Numbered from the stretch's first letter, positions 1 to 9,660 are shown. The stretch: 64,000 bases of DNA from Chitinophagales bacterium (GCA_947449695.1 CANFST010000008.1:862-64861); one strand, 5' to 3'. Numbers and translations: made by a program. Notes: generated by a model from the sequence alone, not told the origin.

Positions 1-110
1 GGATTCATAAATTCCAGCTTCACCCAAATTTCTACATGCTTGTATGGATTGATTTTTTGCAATTTCACCAAAGGTGTGTTACCAATGGTGTCGAGGATAG
101 AACCGTTCAT
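1..110 (-). CDS. Cysteine synthase-type PLP enzyme (CysK/CysM family); only the N-terminal ~36 codons, the gene runs off the left edge
   Basis: The reverse complement of 1-110 reads from ATG (108-110) as MNGSILDTIGNTPLVKLQKINPYKHVEIWVKLEFMNP. IGNTPLV...KLEF.NP is the conserved N-terminus of O-acetylserine sulfhydrylase-like enzymes. It is not in the ORF track because it is truncated. Confidence 0.6.
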   Translation of the reverse strand, partial: MNGSILDTIGNTPLVKLQKINPYKHVEIWVKLEFMN

Positions 111-242
111 AATATTTTTTTTTACTTTTGGCAAAGATAATTTTTCAAAAATAATACTGTAATAAAATCTCAATAATGTTACGAGGCTGATATTAATATC
201 CTTTTTTAACTTAAAATAAATTGCAATTGCAAGTAAAAATTT

Positions 243-250
243 TATTTTTG
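243..250 (+). promoter_or_regulatory. Candidate Bacteroidota -7 promoter box (TAnnTTTG) for the 267..3596 gene
   Basis: TATTTTTG lies 17 nt upstream of the ATG at 267 and matches the TAnnTTTG consensus. Such matches are easy to find by chance in AT-rich DNA. Confidence 0.35.
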
Positions 251-266
251 AACAAATTTTCAAATT

Positions 267-3200
267 ATGCGTAAGCTTTACTTTTTGTTTTGTTTGTTGG
301 TAATAGCAAATTTTTCAAAAGCACAATCAACTTATCACATTTCGTGTGCTGATATTTTTATTAGTGAATATGATGAACCCGGTCCTGGTTATGGCGGTAG
401 CAAAGTGATTGAATTGTATAACCCAACAAACTCAGCAATCAATTTATCTAATTATAATTTGAGTGTTGAGAACAATGGTAATTGTAACATTACGAATACT
501 TTTTATTTACCCTCTTATTTATTACAACCTGATAGTGTTTATGTTATAAATAATGGAACAAGTGGAAATGTTGATCCTCTTGTTGCAGCAGAAAGAGATA
601 CAACATGGTCGAATTTGAATTTTAATGGCAATGATGTAATTTATTTAATCAATTCCTTTAACGGCGATACTTTAGATATGATTGGCTTTAAATGTGTTGT
701 TTTTCCAAGCAGTCCGGGTTTTCCTGTTGGAGTTGCTGATTCAACACATAACATTACTCTGGTGCGCAAGCCTTATATTAGTTTTGGTGAAAAAGACTGG
801 AATGTAAGTCGTTATCAATGGGATGTTTACCCTGGTAGCACATTTTCATTCGTTGGATGGCACACAATGTATCCATGCGGCTACCACCCAACAGTTGGTT
901 TTGAAACTAATACTGATACTGTTCTTGAATCGGTGGGTAGTCATCAAATTCCTTTAACATTGCAATATCCAAATGGCGATACTACATTTGTAACCGTTCA
1001 GGTAATTGGCGGTAGTGCAACATCGGGCAGTGACTACAATACAACGACGCAAACATTAGTTTTTTTACCTTATTCGCAATATGCAAGCGGTTATTTAGCT
1101 AATGATACCATACATATAATCGATGATTTAATTCCTGAACCAACCGAATCGGTGCAATTTTTAATTACTTCAACTTTTAATAAATCAAGTTTAGTTGATT
1201 CTTTTAATGGCAATCATACCCTTTATATTTTGGATAATGATTTTGCTCCTCAAATTAGTTTTACGCAACCTACCTATTGGGCAGTGAATGAAAATTTTGG
1301 CACTATGTATTTACCAATTCAACTAAACCAAATACCAAGTGCATCTTATTCTGTAACTGTTGCTGTTAATTTATTAGCTTCTACAACTCAACCTGCTGAT
1401 TATATTTTCACCACACAAACCATCACATTTCCAGCTGGTAAACAATACGATACTATTGCATTTACAATTGTAGATGATTGTATAACTGAAGGGGTAGAAA
1501 GTCCGGTATTACAATTATATAATCCTACCAATGGTGCAACTTTAGGTACTGATTCGGTTTTATTGATTGATATTAATCCTAATGATTCATTACCAAATAT
1601 TTTATTTCCGGCATCAACCAGCTATATCGAAAGTGCAGGTAGCATAACTGTTCCAGTTGCTTTATCTCATCGTTATTGCGATACTGTGGTTGTTTATACT
1701 AATATTAACGGAACAGGAACAGCTATCTGGAATGTTGATTACAACAACATCTCACAAAACGATTCGATTATTTTTTATCCTGGTGATTCATTGAAATTTA
1801 TCACCTTACACATTATTGACGATAACATTCAGGAATCAACAGAATCTATCATCATAGATATTTCTACTATTAATAATGGTGTTACAAATGTTTACGGAAG
1901 TACTACGGTATTTATTCAAGACAATGATGGTCCGCCAGTTTATAGTTTTCTTACACCATTCGGAATTTCGGTAAACGAAACAGCTACAACTTATCAAATA
2001 CCTGTAGCAGCTAATGGTGCAATCGGCGCAACACCTTACACAGTAAATGTATATTTTGATGCAGTAAATTCAACAGCTACATCAGGCAGCGATTTTACTT
2101 TTACAAATCAAACTGTTACTTTCACTTCACCAAAAGATACCCAATATTTTGCAGTAACTGTCATTAATGACTGTTTACCTGAAAATTTGGAAACAATAAA
2201 ATTGAAACTAAGAAATGCTGTTAATGGAACCTTGGGTAACGATTCTATTTATACTTTAAATATTAATCAAAATGATACTTTGCCTAATGCTTATGTACTA
2301 TCGGCTACCACTTCAATTGTTGAAAATGCAGGCAGCGCTTATATTGTAGTTGGGTTGAACCAACCTTTCTGTGACACTGTAAAAGTTCAGGTAAATTTAG
2401 CTAACAATACAGCTATCGCAGGTTCTGACTATAATAACACGTCTTTCCCAACTACATTAGTATTCCCACCAAATACGATCGGACCATTAACTGTTTTAAT
2501 TCCAATTATTGATGATAATATTAACGAACCAACAGAATGGTTTGATTTTAATTTAACCTCTGTGAGCAATTGCACTATTACCAACTACTCAGCGGATAGT
2601 ATCATTATTATTGATAATGATCCGCCAACTTTAATTCCTTCTATTCAGTTTCAGAACACATCAGCTAACTGGATTGAAAGTGTAGGCACGGTGCAAATTC
2701 CAATCACTATCACAAACCCTAACAGTTCGCCAACATCAGTAACTGTAACTATTACAGGTGGAACTGCAACAAGTGGTAGCGATTATAATGCTACTTCACC
2801 ACAGGTAATTACTTTCCCTGCAAATTCATCTGCAACACAATATTTTTCAGTTCATATTATTGATGACTTAATTACTGAGCCAACTGAAAATCTTACCATT
2901 GTATTAAGCAACCCAACCAATAGCGCACAGTTAGGAACTAACAATACTTTCAGTGGTTCTATTTTAGATAATGACGCAGTGACTTTACCTAGTGTTCAGT
3001 TTGCACAAACTAATTATTCCTATATTGAAAGTGCAGGTACTATTTCAATTCCAATCACCATTTCTACGCCTAACAATGCTAACCTTACTTTTGGTTATAC
3101 ATTAAGTGGCTCAGCTACTTTAAATGCTGATTACAGCATGATTACTACATCACCTGTATCTGTAGTTGCTACTTATACTTCATCGAGCATACAGCTGCAT

Positions 3201-3596
3201 ATTGTAGATGATAACCTGATTGAATCTACCGAAAATATTATATTGTCATTAAGTGCCATTAACAATTGTACCATTGGCAACAATATCTCTTGCCAGATTA
3301 GTATTTTAGATAATGATACTACTGCTTCATCAACTGGGGTAACCAACGTAATGAAAAATTCTATTAAGTTATTTCCAAATCCTGTTGCCAGCAATGGAAT
3401 TCTGCATAGCAGCGGAACTGATGAGAATATGCAATTTGAACTGTATAATATTTTAGGAGAAAAAATGCTAACAACCACCTTTGCTCAACAAGCCATAAAA
3501 CTTTCTGAATATAATTTGAACAGCGGCGTTTATTTATATAAAATTATTTCAAAAGAAAATGGATTAGTGAAAGAAGGAAAATTGATGATTAAATGA
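267..3596 (+). CDS. Secreted surface protein with an N-terminal lamin-tail-like domain, seven Calx-beta-like repeats and a type-A T9SS C-terminal sorting domain
   Basis: Signal peptide MRKLYFLFCLLVIANFSKAQ. LTD-like stretch ADIFISEYDEP...KVIELYNPTNSAINLSNYNL. Seven repeats each carry a GSDY/GSDF/ADY motif and end I(I/V)DD..xExTE (for example GGSATSGSDYN...HIIDDLIPEPTES). The C-terminus IKLFPNPVASNG...LNSGVYLYKIISKENGLVKEGKLMIK is a typical Por secretion tail. Confidence 0.85.
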   Translation: MRKLYFLFCLLVIANFSKAQSTYHISCADIFISEYDEPGPGYGGSKVIELYNPTNSAINLSNYNLSVENNGNCNITNTFYLPSYLLQPDSVYVINNGTSGNVDPLVAAERDTTWSNLNFNGNDVIYLINSFNGDTLDMIGFKCVVFPSSPGFPVGVADSTHNITLVRKPYISFGEKDWNVSRYQWDVYPGSTFSFVGWHTMYPCGYHPTVGFETNTDTVLESVGSHQIPLTLQYPNGDTTFVTVQVIGGSATSGSDYNTTTQTLVFLPYSQYASGYLANDTIHIIDDLIPEPTESVQFLITSTFNKSSLVDSFNGNHTLYILDNDFAPQISFTQPTYWAVNENFGTMYLPIQLNQIPSASYSVTVAVNLLASTTQPADYIFTTQTITFPAGKQYDTIAFTIVDDCITEGVESPVLQLYNPTNGATLGTDSVLLIDINPNDSLPNILFPASTSYIESAGSITVPVALSHRYCDTVVVYTNINGTGTAIWNVDYNNISQNDSIIFYPGDSLKFITLHIIDDNIQESTESIIIDISTINNGVTNVYGSTTVFIQDNDGPPVYSFLTPFGISVNETATTYQIPVAANGAIGATPYTVNVYFDAVNSTATSGSDFTFTNQTVTFTSPKDTQYFAVTVINDCLPENLETIKLKLRNAVNGTLGNDSIYTLNINQNDTLPNAYVLSATTSIVENAGSAYIVVGLNQPFCDTVKVQVNLANNTAIAGSDYNNTSFPTTLVFPPNTIGPLTVLIPIIDDNINEPTEWFDFNLTSVSNCTITNYSADSIIIIDNDPPTLIPSIQFQNTSANWIESVGTVQIPITITNPNSSPTSVTVTITGGTATSGSDYNATSPQVITFPANSSATQYFSVHIIDDLITEPTENLTIVLSNPTNSAQLGTNNTFSGSILDNDAVTLPSVQFAQTNYSYIESAGTISIPITISTPNNANLTFGYTLSGSATLNADYSMITTSPVSVVATYTSSSIQLHIVDDNLIESTENIILSLSAINNCTIGNNISCQISILDNDTTASSTGVTNVMKNSIKLFPNPVASNGILHSSGTDENMQFELYNILGEKMLTTTFAQQAIKLSEYNLNSGVYLYKIISKENGLVKEGKLMIK

Positions 3597-3622
3597 TTTT
3601 AAAGTACAAGGCTTTTAATAAG

Positions 3623-4441
3623 ATGAAGAAAATACTTTTTGTTGCTTGTTTAATTATTGCAGCACAACTTTTTGATGGATGTAGCCGAGTGCCTATCACT
3701 GGCAGAAAGCAAATGAATTTATTGCCTGAAAGTGAAATGATGAGTTTGGCATTAACCAGTTATAATGATTTTTTATCTAAATCAAAAGTAGATGCTGGCA
3801 CCGCTGATGCAGCTATGGTGCAACGAGTTGGGCAACGAATTGCTACTGCAGTATCAGCCTATTTAGCTAAAAATAAAAATACACAACGCATTGAAGGGTA
3901 TAAATGGGAATTTAACATGGTTGATAATAAAGAGATGAATGCTTGGTGTATGCCTGGTGGCAAGGTGGTGGTGTATAGTGGTTTGTTGCCTGTAACTCAA
4001 AATGAAAATGCATTAGCTGTGGTGTTAGGGCATGAAATTTCGCATGCCATTGCCCGTCATGGCAATGAACGCATGAGCGAACAATTAGCCTTGCAATTAG
4101 GTGGCACCGCCTTAGGTGTGGCTTTGGCAAATCAAGGACAACAAACTGTAAATATTTTTAATCAATTGTATGGTGTGGGGTCAACTGTGGCTATTGCTTT
4201 GCCTCATTCAAGATTGCAAGAAAGCGAAGCCGACGAAATGGGATTGATGTTTATGGCCTTGGCTGGTTATAACCCACATGAAGCTATTCCTTTTTGGCAA
4301 CGTATGAAACAAATGACAGGGGCTAAACCACCCGTTTATTTAAGCGACCATCCCAGCGATGAAAGCCGCATTGCCAATATGCAAAAGCTGATACCCAAAG
4401 CCGAAGCCATGGTTCGCAGATATGGGGTATTGGCAAAATAG
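3623..4441 (+). CDS. M48 family zinc metallopeptidase, probable lipoprotein
   Basis: HExxH motif HEISHAIARH with a downstream ESEADEMG glutamate. Signal/lipobox-like N-terminus MKKILFVACLIIAAQLFDGCS. I moved the start from the track ATG at 3593 (which overlaps the upstream stop) to the internal ATG at 3623 that begins the signal peptide. Confidence 0.85.
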   Translation: MKKILFVACLIIAAQLFDGCSRVPITGRKQMNLLPESEMMSLALTSYNDFLSKSKVDAGTADAAMVQRVGQRIATAVSAYLAKNKNTQRIEGYKWEFNMVDNKEMNAWCMPGGKVVVYSGLLPVTQNENALAVVLGHEISHAIARHGNERMSEQLALQLGGTALGVALANQGQQTVNIFNQLYGVGSTVAIALPHSRLQESEADEMGLMFMALAGYNPHEAIPFWQRMKQMTGAKPPVYLSDHPSDESRIANMQKLIPKAEAMVRRYGVLAK

Positions 4442-4635
4442 CAGAATTTTATTTTGATTATTTAATTCTTTTTTGAAACTATATTTTAATTATAGATTAA
4501 TAACACTACTATACAGCCTAAAAAGAATTTCTGAAGATAATAATATCAAAAAGATGAAATTTTAAGCTTGATTTTTGAAATATTCACTTCACCAAATCTG
4601 AGAGAAATTAGCAGCAGCGACTTTATGAAACTGGT

Positions 4636-7600
4636 TTACAGAATAACCAATTTTTCGATTTTGCTTTGCGAAAGCCCGGTGTTATTTTTAATAGTGATTT
4701 TATAAATATAAACGCCTCTGGCTAATTTATCCCCGAAGTCATCTGTCCCATCCCAACTAATATCATCACGACTGATATAACCATCAGTAACAACCTGTTG
4801 TCTAATAGTTTTAACGGATTTGCCTGTGATAGTAAAAACTGTAATATGCACATCCAACAATTGATCAGGCATATTATGCTCAAAGAAAAAAGTGGTATGT
4901 GTTGTAAATGGATTCGGGTAATTTAATACATGAGCCAGAGCCAGTTGTTTTTGTGAGGTAACCGTAAATTGAATTTCACTTTCGCTGGAGTTGTTAAATA
5001 CATCCCAAGCTTTCACTTTTAAAGTATGTGCACCAGCCGTTAAATTTTTTAATGGAAAATTTATTGTCCCCTTTTGATAATTATCTAAATCACTCTCATA
5101 ATAATCATTCATTGTTTGCTTGTCTTTATTATCATTATCAAGTGTAAGGGTAATATCGTGCCCGATGCCATTACCAGCAGTATTGATGCCGCTTTGGTCT
5201 TGCAGTTTCACAATCATAGTAGGATTAGGGTCTGTATTACCACCATTGGCAAATTTCAAATCGTTCATATAAATTTTGATATTCGGCCCCACTTTATCTT
5301 TAATGCTTGAATCAGCAATTGCACCCACATTCACCAAGCCATCGTAGCCGCTGGCATCAATTGTATTATCATTGGCATAATAGCTGAATTTTCCTTTGCC
5401 AACGCTGTATGAAATATCTTTTGGCACAATAAAAGTGTATTGAAACAAACCATTTTTAACAGTTGCTTTACCCTTATAAATAGCATTTTTTTGTAAAATG
5501 AAATTTCTGGTAAGGCTGCTTGGGTCATTTCCTAATGTAGTAACAGCTTCGGCCTTATCAAAAATAGTGGGATAAACTACACCATTAAAATTGCTTAATA
5601 AATTGCCCATTTTATCGGTTACCTGCCCATTAATGGTGTATTTGCCATAAGCTTTTAATGTATCATTATTAATAGCATGATTATTGATTTTTAAATTACG
5701 AACTTTAATTTCCGGAAAATCAAGTGCTATAGCAGGGTCGCCAAGCAATGTAAACTTTCTGTTGTTATCATCTTGCGGTGTTGCATTTTTTGCCAATCGG
5801 AAAATTTCACCAATGGTTAAATGCTTATCATTGGCATCTTTATTAAAAAAATAACTATAAATATTTTGGTTCATGGCTTTGTTACCACCTGTATAAACCA
5901 ATCGGGCAGTAGTCATCAACGCAATTGCACCACCATTTTCATTCAGCAATAAATGTTCGCCAGCAGTTACTTTATCAGGTTGGTCATACATACTAAATTC
6001 GCAGGTGGCAGTAATAAACAATGGTAACTTATTAAAATTAGTTAAGTCAACAATATCAGGTGTTTCAAAAACTCTTTTATGCGACCAGCCAATCACACTG
6101 CCATGACCTGTATAATTCATCGCCAATGTACCACTTTCAATTCGGCGGATAATAGCATCATGTGCATCTGGGTATCTTGCACCAGCCGATGATTGTTGTT
6201 CTTTATATGCATCAAAATATATTTTATCAATATTTATTTCAGGATGATTGGATGCAATAATAGTGGTATAGCTATCTGCGTCATTGATATGTGTATTCTG
6301 GTCGCCGTCATCAGCCACAAATGTGATCATATTTCGCCAGTTGCCAAATGTATTATTCGATTTGTAATTGATGATTTTATTCACTACAGCATTAGCTTCA
6401 GTAGCTGTTTTCACAGTTAATCTGCCAACAGCAATATCTAATAACTGATTTCCCGATTCAATAGTACTTCCTTCATTATCACTCAGCAAACCATAAAAAT
6501 CATCTGAGGTAAAAGAGCTGGCTTGGTCAATGCTGCTGCCACTTTCATAGGTGGGAATAAATGCAGTATTACCTGTTGTAATATTTCTGTTGTCATACGA
6601 ACCATCTCCAATCAAAATTAAATATTTAGGCATTTTGGAGGTATCAGTTCCGGCAGCTTTATAAAATGCTCTTACCATATCTCTGATGGCACCAGCATCG
6701 GGTTTGCCTCCGCCAAACTCTTGATAAACATGAGTTGTTGGCAACATTAAAGTAGTTTGATGTAAAGTGTTCTGATGAAAACTAGCAAGTGAATTGGCGG
6801 CACTTAAAAAATCAGGATGCGATACAATAATCACTTCAGGGGAATTTGCAATCTGCCCATGAATATCCTGATTAGCAACAGCGCCAATATAGTTAGGTGA
6901 CAAGTATGCTCCATTAAATGCTATAAAGCTATGCAGTGAATCGGTAGGAATTGAAAATGAAAATTGTGAACCATTTACTATTCCTTGCTGCACAAGTGGT
7001 TGCAACGGATGGGTAATGTCCCAAATAGTTTGATTCGAATAATTGCTCACTACAAAATTGGCAACATAAGCTGAACCAACACTTCTTGAATCAGCAAATT
7101 GCATTTGACTTCCAGTTAAAATTAAATTTCGCCGTGCCTGCAATACCAAATAATCCATCCATGCATTAGCAGCAATGCCAGTATTAGGATTTCTTAAATT
7201 CATTTGTACTGCAACATTGCCTGATGAAACATTGATGCTTTTTGTAGCTTGAGCATAAGATGCAATTGGTAAATCGTATTGAGGTACATATGAACCTAAT
7301 AATAAACTTGTAATTGTATTTCCATTTACTAACACATCTACATAAACAGTATTGGCAATGGTTTGAGCAGCTGCAAAAGTTTTTAGAACAAGAGGTTCAG
7401 TAGTTATTAAATTCGGAAAATTGAAATTGTAAACATGCGAAGGGTTCGATTCAAAATCATTCGCATCCAACCATTGTCTGCCTGTATGTGCTAAATTAAT
7501 TCCATCGTTATCTACATATTGATAATCGTCAAATGAAGTAACGGTAGTATTTGGAGAGCCACCACTGGCTTGTGTACTAATACGTTTTCCTGCTCCTAAA

Positions 7601-8457
7601 TCAACAGTTAAAAAATAATAGGTTTGATTACTGTATAAGTTTTTTTCGTGATGAAAATTATTATTACCATCATAAAAAAGCTTATCTGGTTTTTGCCCAA
7701 AAAATAAAACATAATCTCCAACATCAAAGTGGTGGTCATTTTCACCAACAACTTCAATTGCCATTTCAGCTAAGTCATCTGGTCGTGGAGTAGAATTTAA
7801 TTCAGGAACATTGCCATTTCCCATGCTGTACAATCTGATATTTTGAGGATCGAAACTCGAAATATCTAAACCCATTTGTTGTATTAAGTTGGCATCAATT
7901 CGGTAAATACCATCAGCATTGGTACTGATTTGAAACCAACGCCCAGTAGCTAATATTGAATGAGTTGCACTTTTTCTTAGGGCTTGATTTTGATTTGAAG
8001 CAGGATGAGTTGCTGCTATTTCAAACTCCAAATCGAAGTGTGTTAATTTTTCTAATTGCCCCGATAAATTTAATCGTAACGGAATGATTGTAACCAGTAA
8101 AAAATATTTACCACGTTCTTCCGAAATTTTTACTTCCGTTTTGAAGTCATCACCCACAGCAGTTTTTGGATATACATTGGCTGTCGTAGAAATTTGTTGA
8201 CGAACAATTTTTACAATGTATTCGTCATTATTTGGGACTTCTTTTTTATAAAAGAATTGAGGTAGTAAACGCATATTTTCACCTATGATTGTTGCGCCTT
8301 CAAAGGTTAAATATTGCTGTGTTAAGCCACCCGTAGTTTCTATTTGAACAGGGGTTTCGTTCCATTTTAAAATAATTTCACCTGAATGAATAGTTTGTGC
8401 CCAAAGCATGGTGTTGCACAAAGTCATTAATAAAAAGAAAAAAATACGGCGCTTCAT
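4636..8457 (-). CDS. porU: Type IX secretion system sortase PorU (C25 gingipain-like peptidase family)
   Basis: About 1270 aa with signal peptide MKRRIFFFLLMTLCNTMLWAQ. C25-like catalytic contexts are YTGHGS (His) and LFITATCEF (Cys). The C-terminal Ig/CTD-like end is LNYPNPFTTHTTFFFEH...GVYIYKITIKNNTGLSQSKIEKLVIL. Start taken at Met7 of the track ORF. Confidence 0.8.
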   Translation of the reverse strand: MKRRIFFFLLMTLCNTMLWAQTIHSGEIILKWNETPVQIETTGGLTQQYLTFEGATIIGENMRLLPQFFYKKEVPNNDEYIVKIVRQQISTTANVYPKTAVGDDFKTEVKISEERGKYFLLVTIIPLRLNLSGQLEKLTHFDLEFEIAATHPASNQNQALRKSATHSILATGRWFQISTNADGIYRIDANLIQQMGLDISSFDPQNIRLYSMGNGNVPELNSTPRPDDLAEMAIEVVGENDHHFDVGDYVLFFGQKPDKLFYDGNNNFHHEKNLYSNQTYYFLTVDLGAGKRISTQASGGSPNTTVTSFDDYQYVDNDGINLAHTGRQWLDANDFESNPSHVYNFNFPNLITTEPLVLKTFAAAQTIANTVYVDVLVNGNTITSLLLGSYVPQYDLPIASYAQATKSINVSSGNVAVQMNLRNPNTGIAANAWMDYLVLQARRNLILTGSQMQFADSRSVGSAYVANFVVSNYSNQTIWDITHPLQPLVQQGIVNGSQFSFSIPTDSLHSFIAFNGAYLSPNYIGAVANQDIHGQIANSPEVIIVSHPDFLSAANSLASFHQNTLHQTTLMLPTTHVYQEFGGGKPDAGAIRDMVRAFYKAAGTDTSKMPKYLILIGDGSYDNRNITTGNTAFIPTYESGSSIDQASSFTSDDFYGLLSDNEGSTIESGNQLLDIAVGRLTVKTATEANAVVNKIINYKSNNTFGNWRNMITFVADDGDQNTHINDADSYTTIIASNHPEINIDKIYFDAYKEQQSSAGARYPDAHDAIIRRIESGTLAMNYTGHGSVIGWSHKRVFETPDIVDLTNFNKLPLFITATCEFSMYDQPDKVTAGEHLLLNENGGAIALMTTARLVYTGGNKAMNQNIYSYFFNKDANDKHLTIGEIFRLAKNATPQDDNNRKFTLLGDPAIALDFPEIKVRNLKINNHAINNDTLKAYGKYTINGQVTDKMGNLLSNFNGVVYPTIFDKAEAVTTLGNDPSSLTRNFILQKNAIYKGKATVKNGLFQYTFIVPKDISYSVGKGKFSYYANDNTIDASGYDGLVNVGAIADSSIKDKVGPNIKIYMNDLKFANGGNTDPNPTMIVKLQDQSGINTAGNGIGHDITLTLDNDNKDKQTMNDYYESDLDNYQKGTINFPLKNLTAGAHTLKVKAWDVFNNSSESEIQFTVTSQKQLALAHVLNYPNPFTTHTTFFFEHNMPDQLLDVHITVFTITGKSVKTIRQQVVTDGYISRDDISWDGTDDFGDKLARGVYIYKITIKNNTGLSQSKIEKLVIL

Positions 8458-8566
8458 ATTTTCAAAGTAAATCATATTTTAAGAATTGTTCAAATTTCAA
8501 AAAATGTTTTCGCTAATCAGAAACGTTTTTTTTAAATTAATATTGCAAACAATTTATAAATACCTG

Positions 8567-9085
8567 ATGCGGATTTTTTTAAATGGATTTATGGGCAGTG
8601 GCAAAACCACTATAGGCAAACAATTGGCGGTTCAGATGAATTATTATTTTGTAGATTTAGATAACTATATTGAAGAAAAAACTTTTAGTAAAATAAATTT
8701 ATTATTTAAACAATTTGGAGAAACCGAATTCAGAAAAATTGAACATGAATATTTACTTGATCTTGCTGTGTATGATAATATGATTGTGGCTTGCGGTGGC
8801 GGCACAATTACTGATTTAGTCAACGAAAAATGGATGAATCAAAATGGTATAACAGTTTTTTTGAAACAGAATTTCGAAACAATTTTTAAAAGATTAAATA
8901 ATAAGGAACAGATAGGAAAACGCCCACTATTAAAAGCTATGGAAGGCAAAGATTTTGAATCAAAACTTCTCCAATTATTTGAACAACGTCAAAAACTATA
9001 TGAAAAATGTCAGTTGATAATTGACTTAAAAGGGAATGCTAATCCAATTGAATTGATTGAATCTGAACTCAAGAAAAGGCTATAA
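8567..9085 (+). CDS. aroK: Shikimate kinase
   Basis: MRIFLNGFMGSGKTTIGKQLA (P-loop), VDLDNYIEE, GETEFRKIEHEYL and ACGGGTI match the AroK pattern. Start moved to Met28 of the track ORF, because the upstream residues look like non-coding read-through. Confidence 0.85.
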   Translation: MRIFLNGFMGSGKTTIGKQLAVQMNYYFVDLDNYIEEKTFSKINLLFKQFGETEFRKIEHEYLLDLAVYDNMIVACGGGTITDLVNEKWMNQNGITVFLKQNFETIFKRLNNKEQIGKRPLLKAMEGKDFESKLLQLFEQRQKLYEKCQLIIDLKGNANPIELIESELKKRL

Positions 9086-9301
9086 ATATTTAACAGGATT
9101 GCGTTTTGCTTGAGAAAAATATTTTTTTAAATTCAACCAAAATCCAATTATCAAGTAAAAAACAATGGGCGAACCTAAAGTTAAAAATGTGAGGTAGATA
9201 AAAAACAATCTTGTTCGGCTTACAGCTATCCCTGATTTTTCCGCCATCCAGGTGCATACACCAAATGCCTGCATTTCAACAAATATTTTTAAGCGATTCA
9301 T
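9080..9301 (-). CDS. PspC-domain small membrane protein
   Basis: The 73-aa product has GVCTWMAEKSGIAVSRTRLFFIYLTFLTLGSPIVFYLIIGFWL, which resembles the PspC domain plus a TM helix. It overlaps the aroK stop by 6 nt in convergent orientation. Confidence 0.65.
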   Translation of the reverse strand: MNRLKIFVEMQAFGVCTWMAEKSGIAVSRTRLFFIYLTFLTLGSPIVFYLIIGFWLNLKKYFSQAKRNPVKYL

Positions 9302-9410
9302 GCTACGAAGTTATAAAAATTTATAACGCATTTATTGAAACAAATTTTATCACTCAACTTATGAAATTGTAAATGAATTCTTAACGACGACTTAAGCATT
9401 AATTAATATT

Positions 9411-9418
9411 TAGCTTTG
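9411..9418 (+). promoter_or_regulatory. Candidate -7 promoter box (TAnnTTTG) for the His/Lys/Glu repeat protein gene
   Basis: TAGCTTTG lies 36 nt upstream of the ATG at 9454. Confidence 0.35.
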
Positions 9419-9453
9419 TGTCATTAATTAATAACAAATCAAATTTTTTTAAA

Positions 9454-9660
9454 ATGAAAAAGGTAATTTTATTCTCAACAATTGCATTAGCTGCTTTCAC
9501 ATTAAATGCCTCTGCACAAGCAAAACACGAAGCTAAAGATGCTAAGGAAGCAAAACACGAAGCAAAAGAAGCTAAACATGAAGCTAAAGATGCAAAACAC
9601 GAAGCAAAAGAAGCTAAACATGAAGCTAAAGATGCAAAACACGAAGCTCCTAAAAAATAA
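9454..9660 (+). CDS. Small secreted protein made of AKHEAK(D/E) heptad repeats
   Basis: Signal peptide MKKVILFSTIALAAFTLNASAQ is followed by AKHEAKDAKEAKHEAKEAKHEAKDAKHEAKEAKHEAKDAKHEAPKK. The gene has its own -7 box and a strong terminator. Start taken at the ATG at 9454 rather than the track GTG at 9418. Confidence 0.7.
   Translation: MKKVILFSTIALAAFTLNASAQAKHEAKDAKEAKHEAKEAKHEAKDAKHEAKEAKHEAKDAKHEAPKK
9520..9648 (+). repeat. In-frame tandem repeat encoding the AKHEAK(D/E) heptads, including a perfect 42-bp duplication
   Basis: GCAAAACACGAAGCAAAAGAAGCTAAACATGAAGCTAAAGAT occurs at 9550-9591 and again identically at 9592-9633. Partial copies flank it on both sides. Confidence 0.9.

Noticed and set aside
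3173-3478. Short ORFs lying antisense or out of frame inside larger genes. These are 3173-3478, 3912-4130, 5116-5310, 12920-13282, 19538-19897, 23069-23311, 23679-23903, 26567-26833, 29921-30349, 31218-31499, 37163-37465, 44472-44846, 49195-49513, 49635-49838, and the many small ORFs inside 54753-59246
   Set aside because: All are fully embedded in longer ORFs that carry clear family motifs. Their translations are low-complexity or hydrophobic noise typical of the opposite strand of AT-rich, Lys/Asn-rich genes, and none has a recognisable motif, signal peptide or its own promoter box.
4464-4529. Inverted repeat AATTCTTTTTT ... AAAAAGAATT between the convergent M48 and porU genes, considered as a possible shared terminator
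   Set aside because: The loop is about 45 nt and the stem is almost all A/T. This would be a weak terminator and is not convincing.
7443-7452. GGTTCGATTC, which resembles a tRNA T-arm
   Set aside because: It lies inside the porU coding sequence, and I could find no flanking acceptor, D or anticodon stems.
9520-9648. The tandem 42-bp repeat considered as a CRISPR or minisatellite element
   Set aside because: The repeats are contiguous with no spacers, in frame, and encode the heptad protein. This is an intragenic coding repeat, not a CRISPR array.
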